Below, piece after piece: positions 26,323 to 37,436 of a stretch of DNA of 64,000 bases. Positions within the stretch are counted from its first letter, which is position 1; each line of letters opens with the position of its first letter. Both the position numbers and the translations under genes were made by a program. The stretch is from Rhizophagus irregularis (Eukaryota): the NCBI RefSeq assembly GCF_026210795.1, contig NC_089431.1, positions 3,038,001 through 3,102,000 of the forward strand, in the 5' to 3' direction. Below the pieces are notes generated by a model. That model did no database searches. It saw only the letters and a list, made by a program, of their open reading frames with translations, and was not told the DNA's origin.

Positions 26323-27552
26323 TTACTTGGCGTTTTCAAATCTTGCAGCAACAGTTTTCCAGTTAACAACTTCCCAAACAGCTTTCAGATAGTCAGGTCT
26401 GGCATTCTTATATTGCAAGTAATACGCCTATAAGGAATTTTAAAATAAAAAAAAAATCGTAACGCTTCAAAAAATATAAAAAAATATGCAATTTATATAT
26501 AAACATATATAAACATACATGCTCCCAAACGTCAATTCCAAGAAGAGGCACGTGAGCTATTTGTGGATGGAGTTTATTAGTTGCTTTAAGATATAAATAA
26601 GTATTCAGAAAATAGAATAAATTTCTTACTTGTTAATGGATCTTGGTTTGGAAGGGTTACGATTTCCACACGTTTTGTCGTTTTGTTATAACCCTAAATA
26701 AAAAAACCGTAAGTTAGCTTTAAAAAAACGAAAATATTATATCTTTAACAAATACTTACCAACCAACCCCATCCAGAACCTATTAAGGTATAAATGTCTA
26801 GTTAATTTTATTCATTAAACTCAAAAACTCAAAATAATGAATGAATCAAACCTTGAACAGCAGCAGTTAAAGTATTAAATTTGCTGATGAAGTTCTCGAG
26901 AGAATCAAATTCTTTTTTAATGGCACTAAGAAGTTCGCCTAAAAAAAAAAGATTCTTATTATTTAGAAATTTTAATAAACTCATAACGTAAAGTCGTAAA
27001 CTAAATATACCATTTGGAGGTTCGCCACCACCTTCCTTCTTGGGAGCAAGATTCGCCCAAAATAGAGAATGATTGATGTGTCCTAATGAAACAAATAAGT
27101 TAACAGAGAAAGAAAAATATCAAGTCAAACTTAAACTTTACCTCCACCGTTGAATTTCAACGCAGGTTGTAACGCTATCTGAGAAATAACATCTTTGTCT
27201 TTTAAGGCTTGCTCAAATTTTTCTTCGGCCACGTTCAACCCATTAACGTACGCTTGATGATGCTTTTCATGATGAACTTTCATTATATCCGCTGAAATAA
27301 TAGGTTCGAGAGCCTAAATTTCATAACAATTTGTCATGGAAGTAGAGAAGTAAGACGCGAAAAAGTCTAGTTTTCTCTTTTACATATTTTACATATCCAT
27401 TCACGTCAAAAAAAACTGTTTACGTTATAGTCATAAGGAAGGTCCGGAAGCGTGTACTTTGACCTCTTAACAGTAAAACTAGTACTACTTCGAGCTAAGG
27501 TCGAAGTATAGATATTCTGTACAGCGCGTGCCGGAAATGCTAGACGGAGCAT
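26323..27552 (-). CDS. SOD2: Mitochondrial Mn superoxide dismutase, many short exons
   Basis: Arg/Ser-rich leader [10 protein letters not shown].., then [43 protein letters not shown] (20-nt microexon), [20 protein letters not shown]. Confidence 0.97.
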
Positions 27553-27712
27553 TTTCGTTATTTTCGTTTAATAAATTGTTTAATTGCGAACAATTAACGA
27601 TATGTTATAATTCTAAAATGATAAATATTACATCATTATTAGGTTTAAGATAATCCACCAATCAAATATCATTTAAAATTATCAAAGAATATCAATCTTG
27701 ATCGATCTTAAG

Positions 27713-29025
27713 ATGAATTTAGACTTTGGATCGTATCCCGTTCGTTTAACATGTTCACCAGAAAAAGGTCGTTATTTTCTTGCAAAGTCAGATATTAAAG
27801 TTGGAGAAGTTGTTTTAAAGGTTCATTATAATTTATAAAGTCGTTGCCTTTATGCTTTGCGCGTTAATTACTCCAAATATAACAAAGAATTTTTTTTTTA
27901 TCGTAAAGTGCTTGCCTCTTGCAACTGCGCCTTTCGATAATCACAAAAAACGGTATTGTTATACATGTAATTTATATAATTCCTCTTCAGCATTTTCATA
28001 CCATTGTGTGTCATGTGATCAAGCTTACTTTTGTAGTTTAGAATGTTACAAAAATGATTCAAATGTATTAGCAAAACATGAATTGATCTGTAATATATCA
28101 AGAAAAATTGCTACATGGAGGGCTGATAAACATATGAAAAGTGTAATTAGATTATTAGTACAAATATTGCTTGAATATTTGTGTGAAGAAAAAAATGATG
28201 ATAATGAACCTAAAAATGATATACTCAGAAATTATTTCAAAGATTTTTTGTTGCTTAAATCACATTATTCGGATTGGTCAACCAATTTAAAACAAGATTG
28301 GATGAAACATAAAAAATTTTTATTATCAATATTTAAGTCATCAAATTTGATTCAAGAAAATATTGAATTTGAAGAATTTTTACACATGATTTCGAGAATC
28401 GAAAGCAATGGATTTGGAATGTACTATCAATCTAAAGGAAGAGAAATTTTATTTGGAAGAGGTAAGATGATTTTGTTTTATAAAGAAATTTCGGTAACGT
28501 ATATTTTATTTATTTTATTTTATTTTTTAACTTTTTAAGCTATATATCCATTTGCGTCATTCTTTAATCATTCTTGTGACGCGAATTGCGATGCCCTTCA
28601 GCCGAATTATAAAGGTGAAAATAATCAAGTGGATAATGCAAATTCCGAAGGATGTATTGCTATTGAATCAGTACAAACAGACATCAACTTGAATACATTA
28701 ATTAAAAAAAAGGAAATATTTCGTAAAGTGGAATTTATAGCACTTCACAATATCAAAGAAGGTAATGTAAAATATAAAATACAAGTGACAAATTGAAATT
28801 TAATAAATATACGTTAAATTTACTCTTAAACGTCAATTAGGTGAAGAATTAACTATATCGTATATAGAAGATACTCATTCCCCGTTACAAGCGAGAAGAC
28901 AAAAACTTATGAATGATTATTATTTTTTGTGCAAATGTGATAGATGTAAATCTGAAGAGACTAAAATAAATGGGAAAAGATTTAAGGGCTTGAAGAAATA
29001 TCGTGGAAATAAAGAATTTCAATGA
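27713..29025 (+). CDS. SET/MYND (SMYD-type) lysine methyltransferase, 4 exons
   Basis: KGRYFLAKSDIKVGEVVL; MYND zinc finger (CYTC..CVSC..FCSLEC..HELIC); SNGF; FNHSCDANC; GEELTISYI; YFLCKCDRC. Confidence 0.9.
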
Positions 29026-29511
29026 GTCTTATCAGGTCTTTCTATAATATCTTCAAGTCTTTCCCCAAGTTTAACTATATTTCCTCGAATAACACGAGGA
29101 TCATTGTTAAACATTTTTCTTAATTCGGTTATCACTACTGGGTTGGTGTCAAAATGCATAAGCCAAAAACTATTCAAAATGTAAAAATAAATTAATAGTT
29201 TTATAAAAACGTATTAAAACCAAAAAAAATTCCTTAACGTACTGTCCACGAGTATGGTATACTTGGTGTCTGCGTATTCTCTTTGCTAATGGCATTTCGC
29301 CCCAGTTCTCAAAACCTCTTACAACTCCACCTCGTTCAAGAACATGTTTTGCTGAATTTCGGACAAGATCTTTAAAGTTTGCCTTTTATCATATTAATGT
29401 TTATAATTAGGTTTATAATTAGGTTTATGAGGAGTGACTTTAATGGAGTAAAAAGTTATATTTTACCTCCATTAATCCCGCTCTAGTTATACAAAGAAGT
29501 TCATAAAACAT
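29019..29511 (-). CDS. MRP17: Mitochondrial ribosomal protein bS6m, 3 exons
   Basis: MFYELLCITR..GGVVRGFENWGEMPLAKRIRRH..FWLMHFD..NDPRVIR; stop TGA at 29021-29019. Confidence 0.9.
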
Positions 29512-29656
29512 CTTTCAATATTTAAGTGATATAATTTGAGTGAAAAATAAAAAATTTTATCGAGTGGCTTAGGAAAATTGATTATGCTGTGCAACCTACA
29601 TATAGCAATTTATGTTATCGGATTTTTTTTTTTGACAATCCTAAATCCTTAATATA

Positions 29657-30291
29657 ATGACAACTGCAACAAATCAACTTCTCCCACTTGGTATGTGTTA
29701 TCTTTTCAGGTTCCAAATATTAATTGAAAAAGAAATGAATTGACGTTATTAACGTTTAAAATTTTATATTTTGTTCTAATTACGGGAATACGTTTTTAAG
29801 AATTGATCGACAAATGTATTGGCTCTAAAATTTGGGTCATTATGAAGAGTGAAAGAGAATTCACAGGAACTCTGTTGGGCTTTGACGATTATGTCAGTAT
29901 CCTTTTGATTTGTTCGCATCATAATTTAAATAGAGATATATATTTATTAATTTTTATGTGACAAAAATTTTGATCAATATGTCTTTAACTTTGATTTATG
30001 CGAATTAGATATGGTGTTGGAAGATGTTACAGAATAGTAAGTTGTAAAATTATTGTATGTCTCTCCAAATATTTAATTAATTGATTTTTCTTTTTATTTC
30101 TTAATAGTGAAAATACGCCAGAGGGCCGTAAAACCACAAAACTTGACAAGATCCTACTGAACGGGAACAATATAACTATGGTGAATACAATTATTATTTT
30201 ACTTCATTTTTGGGCTTTTCTTATTTGGTTTAATTTTTTTTATTTTTTATTTAAAAAGCTTATACCCGGTGGTGAAGGACCGGAAAGTTAG
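29657..30291 (+). CDS. LSM5: U6 snRNA-associated Sm-like protein LSm5, 5 exons
   Basis: [65 protein letters not shown]. Confidence 0.97.
29897..30008 (+). other. U12-type (minor spliceosome) GT-AG intron in LSM5
   Basis: Donor GTATCCTTTT; branch-like TCTTTAAC at 29982-29989, about 20 nt before the AG; removal restores YV-N-MVLED. Confidence 0.88.
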
Positions 30292-30627
30292 GAAAAACGT
30301 CAAATATATCATTTGATATTTAGAAACATAGATGTAAATGCACTTTTAAGATTTTATATAATATTGAACTGCATAATTATTTCTTTTATACTGATGACAT
30401 GGTTCGCAGTATTAAAAATGTACGCCATAAAAATTCCACGTCAGATTTGATAAATTTATAATAAAATAAAAAATACCATTTGATCATATGACTTTCTTAA
30501 ATGTTTTAAACTCGCCAACTAAGTACTAACCATATATTACTATGATCACGTGCTCGAGCCTTTTATAAAAGATTATGCCAAATTAGTATCTGCGAGATTA
30601 TCGCTTACATTTTTTAACATAAATAAA

Positions 30628-32734
30628 ATGTTACTGTTCGAATCAGATAAGAAACAAATGAAGCAAAAACTTCATGTTCGATATACTGAGTTTCAGGCTA
30701 TCGTTCTGTGTGGTTATGGTAACAGGTACCTGTTTTATTCCACCAAGTTATTCGAGTAATTTTTGTTGGCCTTAACGAAAAAATGTATTATAGACTTTAT
30801 CCACTTACTGAGGATAACAATATACCTAAGGCTTTGCTTCCTTTAGCCAATAAACCAATGTTACACTATGTTTTGGACTGGTTAGAAAGAGCTGGAATTA
30901 CCGGTATGTAAATTTCCATAAAATACCTTTAATCATTCGATTATATTAATATTTTGCGTTAATTTTCAACAAGAATAGATGTAATAATTATTTCGGAATC
31001 AAGCGGGGAACATAAAATTGGACATTATATTAAAGTTGTCTATGAAGGAAAATTGAAACCAATTTTAGAAGTGGTTAAAGAAGATGTAGGGACTGCTGAT
31101 GCGTTGAGAACGATTAAAGATAAAATTAAGGTCTTTATTTTAATATCGTTGTTTGCTTGCATTATTGTTGCGATAAATTAACTTTTATTAATTATATTCT
31201 TTATTAGAATGATTTCGTCGTGATTAGTTGCGATTTGATTCTTGATTTACCTCCTCACCAATTCTTGGATCTTCATCGTACTCGAGATCCTACTTTTACA
31301 GCACTTTATTATGAACCAAATAAATCAGAGGGTAGTGGAGGAAGTGGTAATAATTATAAGGACGATAGTAAGTTTTTTCTTTTTTTTCAAATTATCTTTA
31401 TTATATTTGTTTAAATAGAAATTAATAATTTCTTATTGAAATTCAAAGAATCTAAACAATTTGTTGGAGTTGATATTAATCAATCACGTCTAATTTATGT
31501 CGCGTCTGAAGTTGATTTAGACCAAGAATTTTCCTTGCGTATGTCACTATTGTGGAAGTGCGTACGTGTATTTCATTTTATGAAAAATAAGGATGATTAG
31601 CTGATGACTAACTGATAGTAACTTAATAGGTTTCCGCGTGTAAATATTCATACTACTTTACAAGATTCTCACCTTTACATTTTTAAACGATGGGTAATCG
31701 ATCTAATTGCGCAGAAAAAAGCAATTTCTAGTGTTCGAGAACATTTAGTCCCGTTACTTGTAAAATGTCAATATCAAAAAAATTTATTAGAGAAAGAAGG
31801 AATAGATAAATGTATGTACTCGATGTTGCAACTAAATTATAAGTTAATTGAATTTAATTTTAATTGTTTTATTAATGGTCTTTAGTTATATTTGATTAAA
31901 GTGGCCAAATTACAAGAAAATCACCAGAAAATTGCTCTTGAATACTCTGCTACATGGGATGAAAAAGATAAGGAACCAGTTTACTGTCAGGTTTATATAT
32001 ATAATACTGGATTTTGTGGACGTGGAAACACTGTACCAAAATATTGTGATTTGAATCGCCATGTATGTTGAATTCTTAACAAATTTTTAGAGTGTCGAGA
32101 TCTTCAATTTCTAATGTAATTAAACTTTATATCTAAAGATGACGAAAGTTAGCACCGAATCGCGCGTTTCTCCATCGGCAGAAGTGAATGCAAAGACTCA
32201 AGTAAGTTAAAAGTTTTTGCATATTTTTAAGACTAACCAGTAAGTTGCTAATGATTTATTTAAAGGTTGGTTCAGATTCACTTGTTGGTAACGATACTAA
32301 AATTGATGAGCGAACCTCTATTAAACGGGCAACTATCGGTTCACATTGCATTATTGGTAAAAATGTAAAGATTTCAAATTCTATACTAATGGATGATATT
32401 ATCATAGAGGATAAGTAAGTATATTAGTTTTATTAATTAATATTAGTCTTATTAATTATAAAGTTATTTCTTGAAAAGTTTCTAATTTCTAAATCAATCT
32501 TATTAATAGTGTTAGATTAGACGGATGTGTTGTTTGTAATAATGCTAAAATAATGGAAAAGTCCGTGTTGAAAGATTGTGAAGTTGGTGGTGGTTATGTA
32601 GTAGTAGCAGAAAGTACGTATCATTTTAATTTTTTTATTCTATGATTTACTACATTATTTGCTGATATAATTATACACATGTTTTAGCACAAGCAAAGAA
32701 CGAACAACTTGTCGAATTCCGAGATTTGAGTTAA
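30628..32734 (+). CDS. GCD1: Translation initiation factor eIF2B gamma subunit
   Basis: EFQAIVLCGYGNRLYPL..PKALLPLANKPML; GTADALR; VISCDLI; LQDSHLYIFKRW; C-terminal left-handed beta-helix repeats (IGSHCIIGKNVKISNS). Confidence 0.92.
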
Positions 32735-33145
32735 AAATTTAATCACGTGATACAATTTAAATTTATAAATTAACGATCAATCAATAAAAATAATTGTGAA
32801 ATAATTTTATTTACGTTGTTGCTAAAAATAAAAATTCTATCACGAGTGGCGTATATAGTCGATCGAGATCGTCGCGCCAAATTTCTTGGGGTTTGATCTT
32901 GGCTCCCAGTCTTATGTTGACTTAAACTAGTATATTAATGGATTCCCATTTTGATCATAGAGTATTATGTTACCTAAATTTTTGTGTTTGAAACTCTTTA
33001 TATCTCTTTATTTAAAAATTGTTATACCTGACAAAAAACCGAACATTATTTCCAAGTTTTTTTTTCTGCATTAGATGTTAAAAGTTTTAATATAACAAAT
33101 TTTTCAAAGAAAAAAAAATATCGTTAAAGAAAAAAATAAAGAATA

Positions 33146-34654
33146 ATGGAACACCAGTATCCAGAGAAGGGGAATTATGACCATTCTCAGCAACAACAGT
33201 ATCCTCCCAATTCCTCATTAACGACTGTTCCATATCCAGGACCAGAACAACAAGGTCCTCCTCCAACAATTATACCGGCAGAAAACCAGCAATCTTCTTA
33301 TACGTATGCTGATACCTATTCTCAGCAACAACAACAGCAATATATTCCTGCTCCTACAATGCCAGAAGCTAATCAAAATAATAATGAACAATCGATTTCG
33401 TATCCGCCATCCTATAATAGTAACCAGTACAATCTACCACCTGAGGCATCATATAATAATCAATATAATCCACCACCCGAGGCATCTTACCAGTATAATC
33501 CATCATCTGAAGTATCTTATAATAACCAGTATAATCTACAACCTGAAGCATCTTATAATAATAACCAGTATAATCTACAACCTGAAGCATCTTATAATAA
33601 TAACCAGTATAATCCATCACCTGAGGCACCTTATTCTTATAACAATAATCAGTATAATTCGCAATCTGAGGCGACATATAATAATAATCAGTATAATCCG
33701 CCACTTGAGGCGTCTTATAATAATAACCAGTATATTCCACAACCCGAACCATCTTATAAAAATAGCACGTATAGCTCACCACCACCACTGGAACCGTCTT
33801 ATAATACTTCATATAACTTACCACCACCGCAACCACCGCAACCACCGCAACAGACATCTTATAGTAATAATTCGTACAGTTCAGCCCCTGAACCATCGTA
33901 TACTGTACCATCAAATCAACCACCAAATCAACCACAATCTTATAATAATAATGTTTATTCTAGTTCTTCTTCAAATGCTTCCCCATATTTAACGAAACCA
34001 TATTCTCGTACTCAAAATTATAATAACGCACAGCCATCAAACGTCTCTCCGTCTTCAGCACAACCTTCAAATTATGACGATAAATCACCAAGACCTCCAA
34101 AAAATTATTCACCATCAAAACCTATAACAGGACCTGATTATTCATCATCATATACGGTTGCTCCAAATCAATCGAGACCAGTACAGGATCGTTTACCACC
34201 CAGTTATGGAGGAACAAAACGTCCGCGTCGAAATGATTGTGCGGATTGTGCGGATTGTTTTTCAATATGTGGTTGTATAAGGTGTACTTGTACTGTAATT
34301 ACTTTTATTTTCGCCGCACTTTTTATAGCTGCAGGTATTTTCTTAATTAGTTATTCAAAAATTTTACCAGGAAAATGTCAAGGTATTTGTGACCCTACAA
34401 ATGGAGGTATACAAAATCCCAGCAATTTGCCAGGCAATGTTGACAATTCACTCGATAAAATTAACAATGAAATTAGTAATGGTACTCAACAATGTTCTAG
34501 TTTATGTAAGGATAGTGTTTTTAAAATTCTATTTTATGGTGGGATAGGGTTTATAGGTCTTGGTTCTATAATAGCTTTAACTCAAATTTTATGTATGTGT
34601 TGTAGAGTTGGTTCAAGTGGTGGAAGAGGTACAGGTTGTTGTTATTGTTGCTGA
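33146..34654 (+). CDS. Orphan P/Y/N/Q-rich repeat protein with two C-terminal TM helices and Cys clusters, intronless, 502 aa
   Basis: Long low-complexity N-terminus; hydrophobic segments VITFIFAALFIAAGIFLI and ILFYGGIGFIGLGSIIAL; CADCADC..CGCIRCTC and terminal CCYCC. Confidence 0.8.
   Translation: MEHQYPEKGNYDHSQQQQYPPNSSLTTVPYPGPEQQGPPPTIIPAENQQSSYTYADTYSQQQQQQYIPAPTMPEANQNNNEQSISYPPSYNSNQYNLPPEASYNNQYNPPPEASYQYNPSSEVSYNNQYNLQPEASYNNNQYNLQPEASYNNNQYNPSPEAPYSYNNNQYNSQSEATYNNNQYNPPLEASYNNNQYIPQPEPSYKNSTYSSPPPLEPSYNTSYNLPPPQPPQPPQQTSYSNNSYSSAPEPSYTVPSNQPPNQPQSYNNNVYSSSSSNASPYLTKPYSRTQNYNNAQPSNVSPSSAQPSNYDDKSPRPPKNYSPSKPITGPDYSSSYTVAPNQSRPVQDRLPPSYGGTKRPRRNDCADCADCFSICGCIRCTCTVITFIFAALFIAAGIFLISYSKILPGKCQGICDPTNGGIQNPSNLPGNVDNSLDKINNEISNGTQQCSSLCKDSVFKILFYGGIGFIGLGSIIALTQILCMCCRVGSSGGRGTGCCYCC
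33410..33760 (+). repeat. Coding minisatellite, about 9-10 degenerate units of 30-39 nt (SYNN(N)QYNxxPEA)
   Basis: Repeated TCTTATAATAAT(AAC)CAGTATAAT..CCTGA units; the unit TATAATCTACAACCTGAAGCATCTTATAATAATAACCAG occurs twice in tandem. Confidence 0.85.
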
Positions 34655-35019
34655 GAATAACTAATTGTTTATATGTCAAATTCGATTCCAAAAAGTTATA
34701 TCTATTTTTGTTTATTTAAAAATTTATTTTTTTTTAAAAAAAAAATTATATTTCATTTATATAATGAAACAAAATATTTGAAAGGAAAAACTACAATCTG
34801 TAATTTTATTTATATTATATATAATAATATATGTATACTATCATAATATTTTGTAAAAAAGCAACTATTGTATTGATCTGTTTAATTTTAGAATTAGGCC
34901 TAAAATTTTGCATAATGCTAAAATTCCAATAATAATTAAAATGTATCAAATCATAATAAAATTGTTATTATTGATTTGTATCATAAAGTTAAAAAAGTAA
35001 TTGACTAATAAAAGAAAAA

Positions 35020-35200
35020 TTTAAATAATTAGTATGGCTAAGTATATACAAAGTTATTATTTGAATATACACAAGTGATCATTTGAATATACAAAATGTA
35101 TATTCAAATAACAATAAAAGTGGTCATTTGATTAAATAAAAGTTGTTATCTGATTATCATTTTATCATTTGAATATAAAAAGTATATACAAATCACACTA
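35020..35200. repeat. Degenerate AT-rich repeat cluster, probable TE subterminal relic
   Basis: Recurring (G)TGATCATTTGAATATAC-like and AAGTATATACAAA units in intergenic DNA. Confidence 0.4.
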
Positions 35201-35466
35201 AATAAGATGACCTTTTTGGGTTGTAATTTTTTAATTGTAACTATTTAGTACTGTAATTTAAAAAGGCGGATTTACAAAGATTTTTCATAATATTAATTAT
35301 ATAACCATTCACAAATAAATTTTGAATTGTAATAACTGATTACGTAAAAGGTTTGACCAGCAGAAAATCATGGCAGTATTTTCACGAGGAAACCATGTGA
35401 TAAAATATAATTAAACGAAGTTTTTGGGATGATCAAATTGTTTATTGCAGTTTTTCTTCGAAAAGA

Positions 35467-36247
35467 ATGGATAAAAATACGATTGATTCAAACGATACTG
35501 AACCCAAGGAAGTTTGTCTCTCATTTACAGGTAAAATTCTTAAATTTTATATTAAAATAAGTTCAAACTAATATTAATTTTCATTTCTAAAAAAAAGGTG
35601 GAAAGGATAGTACATTAACATTACACTTAATATCCGCACAACCATCAAAATATAAAGTAACATCCTTGATTACATTCACTCCTCCTGCAACCACAAGACC
35701 ATTTTTAGCACATTCACAACATTTAATATCACTTCAGGCAAAAGCACTTTCACTTCCTCATTCATTTTTACCAGTAACACCACCATATTTGGAATCATAT
35801 CGTTCTTTAATTATTTCTCGAAATGTACCATATTTAGCTACAGGTGATATATTAGATGTATGTAATCAATTTATGGATCGTGTGGTAGAAAATACTAATG
35901 TTAAATTACTTCGCCCATTATGGGAAAGAGACCGAAATGAATTAATGAACATAATATTTTTAAATAATTTTGAAATATTAATTACTTGCGTTAATTTAAA
36001 CAAAATCAATGAAAATGTGGCTAGAAAAATGGTTGGCAGTATGTTGACAAGAGAACTATATGAAAATATTATTTTAAAACAAAATAATGTTGATGCATGT
36101 GGTGAAATGGGTGAATATCATAGTATGGTACTTAACGCACCTTTATTTAAAAAGAAAATTATTATAAAAAAAGGCGAACAAAAATTATCCGATGATGGAA
36201 ATTTTTTATATTTTACAATTGATGACTGCGAAATAATTGATAAATAG
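35467..36247 (+). CDS. Stand-alone Dph6/MJ0570-like PP-loop ATPase (diphthine-ammonia ligase superfamily), 2 exons
   Basis: An intron splits SFTG|GKDS; QAKALSLP; ATGDI; RPLWERD; VDACGEMGEYHSMVLNAPLF. Confidence 0.8.
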
Positions 36248-36342
36248 AGGCACTGTGTTACCGTATAACATGTGACTTGTACAATCAATAAAAGAATAAA
36301 TTTTAATTGCGTTTTTATACTTTATCTGTTAGAATTTTCATC

Positions 36343-37099
36343 ATGTCATTTTATTTTGCTATAGTAGGCACAAAAGATAATCCTATTTACGAAGTAGAAT
36401 TCGGTACTTCTGGAACAAAAGCTGCTGGTCTTGACCCGAATGCAAAGGTGATACTTTCGTGGAAATTCTTTATTAACAAAATCTTCGTTTAACTCTATAT
36501 CAAATTCTTTTTCGTGCAAAATTATTTACTTAGTAGAAAGATGAACATCGTCATTTAAATCAATTTATTATTCATTCTGCTTTGGATCTTGTAGAAGAGT
36601 TACAATGGAATACTAATGCCATGTATGATATATAATTATTTATTAAAAATTTTTACACGTTACGAATATTTAAATTTATTTTTTATAGGTATCTTAAATC
36701 TGTAGATAAATTTAATGAATGGCATATTTCTGCTTTCATTTCGGCTGGAAGTATCCTTTTAAATTATTATAATGTCGTAATTCTATGAATCATGTTAGTT
36801 TATATATTTCTAAATGGTTAAATATATAGATATCAAGTTTATGTTATTACATGAATCTAAAAATGAAGATAGCATTAGAAATTTTTTTAATGAATGCCAC
36901 GAGTCGTACATAAAGGTACATATTTGGTAATTTAAAAATTTATTATTTAAATATTGTTATGTTAACTTATATGTTTTTTTTTAATTATTATTTAAATAAC
37001 AAAAAGATATTAATGAATCCATTCTATGAGATTAATTCTCCTATCACCTCAATTGGGTTTGATACCAAAGTTCGTTATGCTGCTAAAAGATATTTGTAA
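36343..37099 (+). CDS. TRS20: TRAPP complex subunit 2 (sedlin/TRAPPC2), 5 exons
   Basis: [83 protein letters not shown]. Confidence 0.96.
36751..36829 (+). other. Probable U12-type intron in TRS20/TRAPPC2
   Basis: Donor GTATCCTTTT; removal restores SAG-N-IKFMLLH. Branch site is only weakly recognisable (TTTCTAAAT). Confidence 0.75.
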
Positions 37100-37436
37100 A
37101 AATCCAAGGATTTAATGTAATTTTAATATTTCATTTGATTTTTATTAAATATTATTTAATATATTTTTTTAAAAAAAATTTTGTTTCTCCATTTTTCCCA
37201 AATTATAATTCAGGTGAGAATATGAAAATTTTACTTACCTCTAAAGAAATAAAAAAACTATTAAAAAGATTAACAAATGATTGAAAGACTAAATAAAATG
37301 TCATTCAATACTTATGGTGCTAAAGTAAGGACAATAGGGTAATTTCGCTTAAGCAATTAATTAATTTATGCTAGAAGATAAAAAATTTTTTTTTTTAAAA
37401 AAAAAAGATTAGAGTTTAATACGAAACTCACCTATC

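Noticed and set aside
33306..33992. 228-aa (+) and 188-aa (-) overlapping ORFs; repeat array superficially CRISPR-like
   Set aside because: Shadows of the coding minisatellite; units are contiguous multiples of 3 nt with no unique spacers.
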